Notes: generated from the sequence alone by a model not told the origin. A stretch of DNA of 18,782 bases from Paraspadella gotoi (GCA_051294375.1 JBJCIZ010000823.1:1-18782), one strand, 5' to 3'; positions 1 through 9,597 are shown, counted from the stretch's first letter. Program-made: numbers and translations.

Positions 1-1372
1 TCAGGGTTAGGTGTAAGTCAGGGTTAGGTGGTAAGTCAGGGGTTAGGGGTAAGTCAGGGTTAGGGGTTTAAGTCAGGGTTAGGGGGTAGTCAGGTTAGGG
101 GTAATAGTCAGGGTTAGGGGTAAGTCAGGGTTAGGGGTAAGTCAGGGTTAGGGGTAATCATGGGTCAGGGGTAAGTCAGGGTCAGGGGTAAGTCAGCGGT
201 CAGGGGTAAGTCAGCGGTCAGGGGTAAGTCAGGGTCAGGGGTAATCAGGGTTAGCGGTAAGTCAGGGTTAGGGGTAAGTCAGCGGTTAGGGGTAAGTCAG
301 GGGTTAGGTAAGTCAGGTTTAGGGGTAAGTCAGGGGTTTAGGGGTAATCAGGGTTAGGGGTATAGTCAGGGTTAAGGGGTAAGTTTCAGGCGTTAGGGTA
401 AGTCAGGGTTAGGGGTAAGTCGGGTTAGGGGGTAAGTCAGGGTTAGGGGGTAATGTCAGGGTTAGGGGTAAGTCAGGGTCAGGGGTAAGTCAGGGTCAGG
501 GGTAAGTCAGGCGTAGGGGTAAGTCAGGTCAGGGGTAAGTCAGGGTCAGGGGTAAGTCAGGTCAGGGGTAAGTCAGGGTCAGGAGTAAGTCAGGTGTCAG
601 GGTAAGTCAGGTTAGGGTAAGTCAGGGTTAGGGTAAGTTCAGGGTTAGGGGTAATGTCAGGGTTAGGGTTTAAGTCAGGGTTAGGGGTAGTCAGGTTAGG
701 GGTAAGTCGGGTTAGGGGTAAGTCAGGGTTAGGGTAAGTCAGGGTTAGGGGTAAGCTCAGGGTTAGGGGTAAGTCAGGGTTGGGGTAAGGTCAGGGTTAG
801 GGGTAAGTCAGGGTTAGGGGTAGTCAGGGTTAGGGGGTAGTCAGGTTAGGGGTAAGTCAGGGTTAGGGGTAAGCAGGGTTATGGGTAAGTCAGGTGTTTA
901 GGGTAAGTCAGGGTTAAGGGTAAGTCAGTGGTAGGGGTAAGTCAGGAGTTAGGGGTAAGTCAGGGTTAGGGTAAGTTCAGGGTTAGGGCGTAAGTCAGGG
1001 TTAGGGGTAAGTCAGGGTTAGGGGTAAGTCTGGGTTAGGAGGTAAGTCTGGGTTTAGGGTAAGTCTGGGTAGGGCGTAAGTCTGGCGTTAGGGGTAAGTC
1101 TGGGTTAGGGGTAAGTCTTGGGTTAGGGGTAAGTCCTGGGTTAGTGTAAGTCTGGTTAGGGGTAAGTCGGGTTAGGGGTAAGTCAGGGTTAGGGGTAAGT
1201 CAGGCGTAGGGGGTAAGTCAGGGTTAGGGGTAAGTCAGGGTTAGGGGTAGTCAGGGGTTTAGGGGTAAGTCAGGGTTTAGGGGTAAGTCCCAGTTAGGTA
1301 AGTCAGGGTTAGGGGTTAAAGCAGGGTTAGGGGTAAGTCAGGTTAGGGTAAGTCAGGGTTAAGGGTAAGTTA
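1..1372 (+). repeat. Tandem array of a 17-bp G-rich telomere-like unit (AGTCAGGGTTAGGGGTA)n, about 80 copies
   Basis: Read directly. Each unit contains TTAGGG, and two units give four G-tracts (G-quadruplex motif). Variant blocks occur (GGGTCAGGGG at ~166-240 and ~478-600; AAGTCTGGG at ~1030-1155). The array runs off the window start and decays into AT-rich DNA at ~1372-1440. Confidence 0.95.
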
Positions 1373-2250
1373 AAATGAGGGTTAGGGGTAAGGGTTAGCA
1401 GTTAAGTTTAAAATTAAGTTTCAAGTTAAGAATATATAATTTTAAAATTTTAAAAAAATATTTTTTATCTTTGTTGTAGTTAGTAAGTTTTAGATGCAAA
1501 ATTTTTATTGTTTAAAAAAAATTAAAATTGAAACAAAAATACAGACCCATTTTGGGAATTGTGCTGAAGAAGGCTTTCATCAGCACATCATTTGTTTTTA
1601 TTTTTAATATTTTTTTTTAAACAAATAAAAGTTTGCTATTTTAAAAAAAATATTTAAATTTTAAAAAAAATAATAAAATTTAAAAAAGATCGATTAAGAA
1701 ATTTTCGTCCGTGTAGCTTATCCCGTTTTTACTATCATTATTGTTACTGTTTTTTTTTTTGTTTTTTTTTTCATAAAAAAGTTTTAATTTTTTTCTTATT
1801 CTTTGTTTTCCCATAAGCCTCCCGAGCGTATTAAACTCCACGGGTCGCCATTTTTTTAATATTCTCATTACCACTTAATCTCTGATCTTTTCAGAGATGA
1901 GATGAATACCCAGGGAAAACCTGATATAGATAATTGTAAGTTTTTTTTTTAATAGCGTAAAAATTAATCTCGCTCTTTTACGTACAAATTTGATATTTTT
2001 TTCGTTAACTTTCAACATTTTTATCAGGCTTTGTTTGTAATTTCGTTCTTCTCTTTCCATCTCGATTCTTCTTTCTATTAATTAATTAATTAATTAATTA
2101 ATTCATTCATTTCTATTAATAATGATATGCGTTTATTTTTACAGCTTATTTCGGCTACAATTGGCGACCCACAGTCGCTGACTGGGCTTCTGAAGTAGCG
2201 GCGAACAGGTTAATTTTTTTTGCCTCACTACTGTTTTCCGATAAAAAGAT

Positions 2251-2370
2251 AGGGGTAAGTTAGGTTTTGGCGTAAGTTAGATTTTGACGTAAGTTAGGGT
2301 TAAGTCTAAGTTAGGGTTAAGGCCAAGTTTAAAACTAAGTTTCAGCTTAAATATATAGTAATTTAATTTT
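2251..2370 (+). repeat. Short degenerate copy of the array end and its junction
   Basis: taggggtaagttagg...gttagggttaag...aagtttaaaactaagtttcagcttaaatatata resembles 1360-1440 (gggttaggggtaag...aagtttaaaattaagtttcaagttaagaatatata). Confidence 0.7.
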
Positions 2371-2537
2371 TTAAAGCAATATTTGAAACAAAAAAAATTT
2401 CTTTGTATTTACAAACTATGAACTTTTTAAAAATATGAAAAAGAGACATGTTTTAGCTTTAAAGTAAGCCTTCATCAACGCGGAAAGATAATTTGTTTTG
2501 AACAATTTATAATAAAATATATGAATATATGAATATA

Positions 2538-2705
2538 TAGTTTGTATATATTTGCAACAACAATTTATTTATTGATAGACGAACATGTTTCGGCTCAAAT
2601 TCTAGCCTTCAGTGCCAAAATGTTGTGGCGCTGATGAAGGCTCGAATTTGAGCCGAAACATATTTGTCTATCAATAAATAAATTGTTGAAAATATATTCA
2701 AACTA
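2538..2705. mobile_element. ~170-bp foldback (MITE-like) element whose arms are minimal hammerhead ribozyme motifs
   Basis: 2538-2616 is a near-perfect reverse complement of 2627-2705, with a loop of about 10 nt. Confidence 0.8.
2627..2668 (+). ncRNA. Minimal type I hammerhead ribozyme motif of the Penelope-like-element kind, slightly mutated
   Basis: GGCG-CTGATGA(2631-2637)-A-GGCTC/GAGCC stem II-GAAAC(2655-2659)-ATATTTGTC. The opposite arm preserves the palindromic stem III and the stem I partner (GAAACATGTT-CGTC) but lacks TGA in the core. Confidence 0.65.
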
Positions 2706-3229
2706 TTCCTTTAATCTACAAACACAACAAAAAAGAAAGGATTTACACATAATAAAATATAATAATAATATTCTAAAAATAATTTTAATAATAAAAAATT
2801 AAAACAAATATCTTATCCGATAAATTCAGCGTATTTAAGATAATTATTGGTACAGACTTAATTTTTCTTTTCCGTAAAAAAAAAAACTTTTTTCTTCTTC
2901 TTCGTTTTACCATAGGCATAAGCCTCCAGAACGTAATTAACTTTAGGATCGCCTGTATTCATAACTTTAACCAATATATTGGTTAAAGTATAAGTATTAA
3001 TACTTATCCGTATTTAACAATAAATAATTATATCTTAATCATTTGCTTCTTTCGTTATAAAAGCTTACTCTTCCTTCCTAGTTAATTTATAAAAAAAAAT
3101 ATTGCTCTTCCTTTTCCCATAAGCCTCTAAATTAACAAAGCTCTATTAAATATTTTTGAAACATTTTGACAGAGATCCATGTGATATCTCCATGGAGGCT
3201 GACGCACACCGCCTCCTCCCGGCATTGCA

Positions 3230-3455
3230 TCGCCCATCCAGTTATTCCTCGCAGCTACGCCCGTCTTCTCTATAGCCCAGCCCGTCCTCTCAAGGCCAGC
3301 CCCCGTTCTTCTCTACGCACTCCCATCTTCTCTACGTCACCTTGCCCATCTGTCTCGACGTCAACCGGCCCAGCATCTTCTACGGCACCGACCCATTTTC
3401 TCTACGGCACCACCCATTTCTCATATCGGACCGATTTCTCTACAGCGCACCGCCT
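3230..3455 (+). repeat. Degenerate ~21-bp GC-rich minisatellite (consensus near CCATCTTCTCTACGGCACCGC, PSSLRHR-like)
   Basis: Repeated c[a/g]tcttctctac...cacc units are visible about 9 times. Confidence 0.65.
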
Positions 3456-4269
3456 GTATTTGCTCAAAGGCACGCCCTGTTTTTCACGCCGTCCGTACTT
3501 CGCTGCGCCCCCCTTCATCTTTCCCTCTCACTCGCCCCCTATAGTTCGTCAGCCCCCGCCTCGTTATCCAGCCATCCGCTTCCTTAGCGCGCCCGTGATC
3601 TTTTTCTTCAAATGCTCCCTGCCTCCGCTCGGTAAAGGAGGAGCAACGGGATGTATTCTCCCCACGCTTATCACAAAGTTTATCCCGGCCAGGACATTTA
3701 TTTATTTTAAGTGATTGTTGGTGTTTCTTTTTAATTTTTATCTCGCCTAAGTAATACAGTTATTATGAAGTTCCAAAATATCACATATCAAATTATTTTA
3801 AAGTAATGTTTTACTAAAGAAGTCTTGCAAAAGAAATTAAACTTATTTGTTGTATAAAAACAGGTAGGGCTCTGAGAAAGTCGGCGTAAAATTGAGTAGG
3901 CTGTGCCGGGCGGGAGAAAGTCTGTGATTTCCGAGAGAGCGGCTGTGTTGGCCGGAAAGGCGGTGCTGACCGTAAAGGAGGCAATGTTTGCTTGAAAGGA
4001 GGCGGTTCTGGCCAGGAAAAACAAAGCTGTCGTAGGAGGAAATCGAGCTGGCTTCCCAGCGTTTTTGCTCTAGCACGAAGAAAACTTTTAAGACATGCTT
4101 CCAGTTTCCAGGCGGCGTCGCACGGTTCGAAAAGCCGTCAGGGCGACGCCAATAATGGATGTCATCATCCAATGATGGCGCTGACATCCTCGATTTAAAA
4201 ATAACTATTATTTATGATTTAATTTTTTTGTTAAAATATTTTTTGTGTAAAATATTAAACCCTTCATTG

Positions 4270-4352
4270 TTAGGGAAGCCAGGTACTCTAGGAGTGAATA
4301 AAGGAGACTGTGTGAGAGTCTTGATTGAAAGCTTGCAGGGACCTGCTATGTC
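4270..4352 (+). repeat. Dispersed repeat fragment with a second copy at ~6518-6602
   Basis: Both copies share taggga.gccag.tact and agtcttgattgaaagct..caggg.cctg. Confidence 0.6.
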
Positions 4353-4914
4353 ATTATCTTGTAAGAGTGATGGAGGCCTTAAACCACCAAAGCCTGTCCA
4401 AAGTCAGGGGCAAGATAGCTTATTTATTAAATGAATGGATAATTATTATATATAGATTTTTATTTAGATTTAAAAAAACTATGATGTTGATTGTATAATT
4501 GTCCAAAGCGTGTTTGCAGAAGTTAATTATTCTGTTTTTAAGTGAAACTATTTTTTTTTTACTTAATGCAGTTTATATTTTTAGTTCTCAGAACAATATT
4601 TGGATATTATTTGAATAATTTTATCTTTGTTTATTAAATAAAATGATTTGGAAACTTAAGTCTCGCTTATGATGTATAATTTCAAGTTCTCAAATTACTT
4701 TTGTTTCACATATTACAGATCTGCAGATGAAGGCGACGCAGGTGGGCAGCGCGATTCAGAGGATCCTGGCGATTCAGCTGTCCAGGGGAACCGGGGAGGT
4801 CGTCGAAATTCCGGTCGTCATCGAAACTCCAACGACCTCAAGAAGATTATAATGTTAGTATAACTTTGTCGTATCTTATTTTATCATTTCGTTGCCTTTG
4901 ATAATGGCATAAAA

Positions 4915-5185
4915 ATATTTTTTTTTCACAATCAACAAATTCTTTTTTAAATTTTATTAAAAAACTTACATGTTTCAGCGAAAGTGTTAGCCTTTATTAT
5001 CACAAAATATGTTTTTAAAATTTATTTACAGAATTTTCCAAAGGGAGGAGTGAGAGAAAGAGAGAGAATAAAGTTTCCAACAAATACCTGAGAAAACGAC
5101 AATGATAGTGTGAGGACAGATTAAGATTGAGTACATGTTAGTCTGAGTGAGAAATGAAAAGTTGGTCATTTGGTAACAAACAGTA
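4915..5185 (-). repeat. Left arm of a ~270-bp diverged inverted repeat containing a degenerate hammerhead motif
   Basis: Its reverse complement aligns by eye to 5645-5900 (e.g. ttggtcatttggtaa/ttaccaaatgatgaccaa; gacaatgatag/ctatcattgtc). A hammerhead relic lies at ~4965-5003. Confidence 0.75.
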
Positions 5186-5270
5186 CCGGAGGGGGGGTGG
5201 GCACCTCTATTTTGAGCTCTTATTTTTCTCTTTGTAGCGGTAGTATTACATACCCCGCTACTCGTCCGAG

Positions 5271-5440
5271 AATCAGCAGCACCTATGGCGCCGGAGATAG
5301 CACGAGCTCCTCCCAACCCAAAGGACTCGGTTCGCGCCCTGCTGATTCACATAAGTAAAAGCGGGACGGGGCGTCTAACCCACCTGTAGTGACGGACTAC
5401 AGCCCGATCCGAAGTTCGGGACCTTGTGTGCAATGGACGG
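5271..5440 (+). mobile_element. tRNA-derived SINE-like element, family 1 copy 1
   Basis: A-box-like TGGCGCCGGAG (5286) and B-box-like GGTTCGCGCCC (5329). The 9-bp stem aatcagcag/ctgctgatt closes the head. Its body is homologous to 5985-6152. Confidence 0.65.
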
Positions 5441-5644
5441 TGAATTGTTTCATATTTTTCTTATTTTTCACTTCATATTTTTATCTCTTTCACTCAATCT
5501 CTGATCTTTTTTTCAATTTTTAGTTTCATTTATTCTCTGATTTAGTCAAAATTGTTAGTTAATTGTAAATTTCAAATTGAAAATTAAATGATGTTAATTT
5601 CTATTAACATTGTCAAATGTATTTCACTGTATTAATTACTGCTT

Positions 5645-5900
5645 ACTGTATTACCAAATGATGACCAAATTTCTTTTCACTCAAACTCTACCTGTCCTCA
5701 ATCTGTCCCCACCCTATCATTGTCCTTTTCTCAAATTTTTGTTGGAAGCATTATCCTCTCTCACACATACACACACACACACACTCTCTCTTTGGCAAAT
5801 TTTGTAAAAAAGTTTAAAAACCTATTTTGCACTGATGAAGCCGAAACGTGTACATTTTTTAATCAAAATTTAAAAAAATTTGTTGTTTGTGAAAAAAGAA
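5645..5900 (+). repeat. Right arm of the inverted repeat, with a CA/CT microsatellite and a stem-II-deleted hammerhead core
   Basis: CTGATGA-AGCC-GAAACGTGTA at ~5832-5852; (CA)n at ~5762-5783. Confidence 0.75.
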
Positions 5901-5984
5901 CGAATTATTTATTTAATGTAAGTATTACTAAATTGGTATCATGCTGTTGAAGAGACAGTAATTATTGATAATTGTTAATGACAG

Positions 5985-6152
5985 AACCGTTCAATATAAG
6001 CAGTCCCTGAGCTTCGGATCAGGCTGTAACACCATGTTACAGGCGGGTTAAGCGCCCCGTCCCTCTTAACTGCCAGACGACCACCGGGCTAGAACCCCGG
6101 ACCTTTGGGTTGGGAGGCGAATGACTTGCCTCCGGCACCAATGACCGCTGAT
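5985..6152 (-). mobile_element. tRNA-derived SINE-like element, family 1 copy 2
   Basis: The reverse complement reads TGGTGCCGGAGG...cctcccaacccaaagg...GGGTTCTAGCCC...gggacggggcg..taacccgcctgta...cagcctgatccgaag, matching copy 1. Confidence 0.65.
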
Positions 6153-6605
6153 GAACGGTTGGTGGATTTTAGTCCACCATACTGTTATCTTTACTTGCTA
6201 CTGTGAAAAGTGCCCTTTTTGGTCAATACTTCCGAATCGGTGCCATGTTGTTTACGATTAAACCGAGACTACACGATTGTACGACTAAAAAAATCATGTT
6301 TACGCTTAAGTTTTTTTAAAAATTATGACGTTATGTTGTAATTCAATTTTTTTTTTTACAGTTCTGGTCGAAACATTCAATGGTTTTTGGGTAAGTAATA
6401 TGTAATAAACATACATAGAACTTTTAGTAACAGTCAACTTGTATTTTGAGGCGAGTACGGATTACAATAATAGTAGTTTCTCGATCTGTTACTTGAGAGA
6501 GATTATTATACCATTAATAGGGAGGCCAGATACTTTGTTAGATTAAAAACTAGAATGTAATAATAGTCTTGATTGAAAGCTAGCCAGGGTCCTGTAGTTT
6601 CCATT

Positions 6606-7442
6606 TTTTAGTCGGATCTGCTTATCAGCAGATTCGATTCTATAATTCACTTTGTCGGTCCATTGGTCCCACCCTAAATCTTGTCGGTAAATCATTTTTA
6701 TCACATCAGAACATCATGTTATGCTTAAATTAAGCAAAAAAAAGATGACCGTCGTCCATCCGTCTGTCGTCCCCCTTAGCAAAAAACTCCAATTGCTTGT
6801 GATTGGATGGATGGATTGGAATGAAATTTTGTGTGTGGGTAGGAGAGTGTGATTGAGCTGGATATAAAGTTTCGATGAAATCTGCGAGTGAAAATGAGTT
6901 TAAATGGAAAAAACAAGTCACATTATCTTGAATCTTTTTTTACTAATTTTAACCTATAATTACTTGAATTATTCATAATTGAATGGTTAGATTGAGATTA
7001 AATATGCAAGTTGAAAAAATGATGCAAGTTGAAAAAATGATGCAAGTTGAAAAAATGATGCAAGTTGAAAAAATGATGCAAGTTGAAAAATGATGCAAGT
7101 TGAAAAAATGATGCAAGTTGAAAAAATGAATGACAAGTTGAAAAAATGATGCAAGTTGAAAAAATGATGCAAGTTGAAAAAATGATGCAAGTTGAAAAAA
7201 AAATATTTTTACTTCATTTGTAATAATTTCTACTATATTATTTATTTTTTTTTTATTTTTTAAATTTTTTTATTTATTTTTTTTTATTTTTTGATTTATT
7301 TTTGATTTATTTTTTGATTTATTTATTTTTTTTTTTTTTTATTTATTTTTTTTTTAATTTTTTTTTTTTTTTTTTAAATTTATTTGATTACCGCTTAATT
7401 ATCGTGTGCAGATCCAACATTGTTTGCTCAAACTTGTTTTCA
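6606..7442 (+). mobile_element. DINE-1/HINE-like (non-autonomous Helentron-type) element, copy A
   Basis: Starts after a T run with the hairpin gtcggatctgc-ttatca-gcagattcga. It has a GTCY microsatellite (~6750-6771) and ends with the 3' subTIR gcagatccaac followed by tttgctcaaac and a T run. Confidence 0.7.
7004..7200 (+). repeat. 18-bp tandem repeat (ATGCAAGTTGAAAAAATG) x ~11 inside element A
   Basis: Read directly; it explains the spurious FFQLAS ORF. Confidence 0.95.
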
Positions 7443-7464
7443 TTTTATTTCTTTTTAAATTTAG

Positions 7465-7536
7465 TTCACAAAAGAAAGGCGTTGTTATAATTGCGGGAAA
7501 CCTGGTCACATCGCTAAGGATTGTCGCAGCAAATAA
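7465..7536 (+). CDS. Terminal exon encoding a CX2CX4HX4C zinc knuckle (FTKERRCYNCGKPGHIAKDCRSK*)
   Basis: A tttag acceptor ends at 7464. The knuckle spacing is perfect (CYNCGKPGHIAKDC) and is followed by TAA at 7534-7536. Too short to appear in the ORF track. Confidence 0.8.
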   Translation, partial: FTKERRCYNCGKPGHIAKDCRSK

Positions 7537-7804
7537 TTTGGGTAAATGTAATACTATCATTCTTTTTCACTATGGAATGTAAATTAGTTAAATTGTGATT
7601 ATGCTATGTTTAATATTACGTATATACATAAGGCAGTTTAAGCAACTAGTTTTATTCACAACTGCGGTTCTACTAATGTCTACTATTGTTCGCTAATGGC
7701 AGCACAAGTCCGCCCGTCACGATTCTTGAAGTGAAACCGTCTTCGCTTCTTGCTGCGGAATTTGCGAGACTCGTCCCTCAGTTGACCTCACTGCACTTTT
7801 ATCC

Positions 7805-8531
7805 TTGTTTGAGCAAACAATGTCGAATCTGCCCACGATCATTATCGTTAATTAATCAATTAATAATTATTTAATTCAAGTTAATTAAATAATTTGATTT
7901 TAATTTAATTTTTGATCTGAAATGTTTGTTTTGATGGATTACTTGACTGATTAATTAATTATGGATTAATTAATTGACTAATTTATTAATTAACTGATTA
8001 TTTGATTAATTAATACATCATGCATTTACATATAATATAAAAAGAAAAAGAAGCATAATCAATTAATGAAACAGGTTTTTTGTTTTTTTCAATTTAAACT
8101 CATTTCCACTCAAACGATTCCATCGAAACTTGATTTCCAGCTTAATCACACACTTTTCTACCAACATAAAAAATTTCAGTTCAATCGCACCATCCACTCA
8201 TGAGTAATTGGTGTTCAACTATTGAAATATATATATTTTTTTCCATTTAAACTCATTTCCACTCAGACGATTCCATCGAAACTTTGTATCCAGCTCAATC
8301 ACACACTTCCCTACCCACACACAAAATTTCATTCCAATCTATCCATCCAATCACGAGTAATTGGTATATTTTGCTAAGGTGGGACGGACGGACAGACATC
8401 ACTTTTTTTGCCTAATTTATCATAAATCGATGTTCTGAAATTATATAAGTTAATGCCCGACAATATTGAGGGGGCGGACCGACAAAGTGAATTATAGAGT
8501 CGGGATCTGCTAATAAGCAGATCCAACTAAA
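7805..8531 (-). mobile_element. DINE-1/HINE-like element, copy B, with an internal ~125-bp duplication
   Basis: 5' hairpin at ~8500-8530, ggacggacggacagac at ~8382-8397, 3' end gtttgagcaaacaatgtcgaatctgc at ~7807-7832. The segment 8092-8215 resembles 8245-8365. Confidence 0.7.
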
Positions 8532-8886
8532 AATGTACAATTATATTGACTATTGTTGTTTGAGGTTGAACGCCAGAAAATGCTTGCCTCAAAATAAAAT
8601 TAATGAATTTCATCATTAACCGATATGGTTAAAAAACCCATTATCATTGTTTTTCCTTTGTTTTGAATATCCTAGGTGTTAACTTTTAAAAGTATTTTAT
8701 TCTCAAAAAGGTAATAAGTCTAAGTGGTGACTGAAACTAAACCTCAGCTTGTGGAGACTGGAGAGCGAGGTCTTGAGTTCAAATCCACAAACTTTCCTTT
8801 TCTTTGTTCAAAGCTCGGCGCCATGAAACTTAAGGCGAATCTAAGTTAATCTTAGATATACTCTAGAAGCCTGTCTGGCTCGAGCA

Positions 8887-9597
8887 ATGGCTCTGAAGCG
8901 CGCCCGGCTCCGCCTGGTGGCCGACACTGGCGAGAACGTCATTCTAGAGACGAACCATCGGCCTCGACACTCGGGTCTCTCCTTGATCTATTCCGTCGGT
9001 TACATCCGGGGGGATCTGAAATGGGCGCGGTCCAGTATGAAGACGAAGAGGGCGACGTCGTCAGTCACCAACGACGAGGAGGTTAGAGGGAAATTTAAAT
9101 ACAATAATTAAGTAATGAACAAATTTTAATTTCAATTTCTCACGATGAGGTTCGTGAAATGACTCGTTACGCCCGCCTCATTGAATCCGAAGGACGAAGC
9201 TACGATCCGCTTTTAGTTTTTCCAAAATCCGATTCCTCGCTAAACGTCAACAACTTGAACGTCGCCCTCAATTCTTCGCATCGAGACATTTAGAGAGAAG
9301 CCGCCGCATTCCCGAGGCCTCGTGCCTCTTAGAGAAGCAGCGCTGACTTACCTCGGTCTTCTTCATCACCTTCAACCGTCCCTTTTCCCTACCCACCTCC
9401 TCACCCTCTCCCCCCCGAACTCCGCCATCGTTCAAAATTCAAAGCGTGCGTCAACCCTCGGCCAACTTGGGACAGATTCTTTCCCGCGGACAAATTCGCT
9501 TCGAGGACCTAGAAATACAAAAGATCCTTGGGAAGCGGGAATGGAGGCTGTCTTTTATGCCCTGCACAAATCCACCCGAACGCCATCTGCCGTTAAC
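8887..9597 (+). CDS. MAP2K5: MAP2K5/MEK5 homolog, first two coding exons (8887-9081, 9150-9597), frameshifted as assembled; remainder not found in the window
   Basis: Frame-corrected translation gives the PB1 OPCA motif AVQYEDEEGDVVS.TNDEE|VREMTRYA...DPLLVFPK..NVNNLNV, then SANLGQILSRGQIRFEDLEIQKILG.GNGG.VFYALHKSTRTP.AV. This parallels vertebrate MEK5 as I recall it (AFEYEDEDGDRITVRSDEEMKAML..EPLQIFPR..NIHGLKV; SAELKKILANGQMNEQDIRYRDTLGHGNGGTVYKAYH..LAVK). The acceptor at 9149 is weak. Confidence 0.8.

Larger units (their letters stand above)
2145..7536 (+). pseudogene. Disrupted multi-exon gene ending in a CCHC zinc knuckle (gag/ORF1-like or RNA-binding); first exon not seen
   Basis: GC-rich AG/GT-bounded candidate exons: 2145-2208 (YFGYNWRPTVADWASEVAAN), 3173-~3630 (phase-compatible, DPCDISMEADAHRLLPALHRPSS..., with stops), ~3864-4190 (heptad-like EAVLARK repeats, with stops), 4719-4853 (SADEGDAGGQRD...RGGRRNSGRHRN), micro-exon 6362-6390, and 7465-7536. 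The last exons need at least one indel to stay in frame. Confidence 0.5.

Noticed and set aside
1-1372. Canonical chromosome-end telomere or CRISPR array
   Set aside because: The strand polarity is wrong for a left telomere. There are no unique spacers and the context is eukaryotic.
3166-4434. Stand-alone ORFs such as 3166-3714, 3843-4187 and 3992-4198
   Set aside because: Several have non-ATG starts and none has a recognisable domain. They are better explained as off-frame readings of GC-rich degraded exons.
5271-5347. Functional tRNA gene
   Set aside because: No proper anticodon or D stems. It is attached to a repeated body, so a SINE head fits better.
6987-7490. ORFs 6987-7190 (-) and 7302-7490 (+)
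   Set aside because: They are translations of an 18-bp tandem repeat and a poly-T tract.
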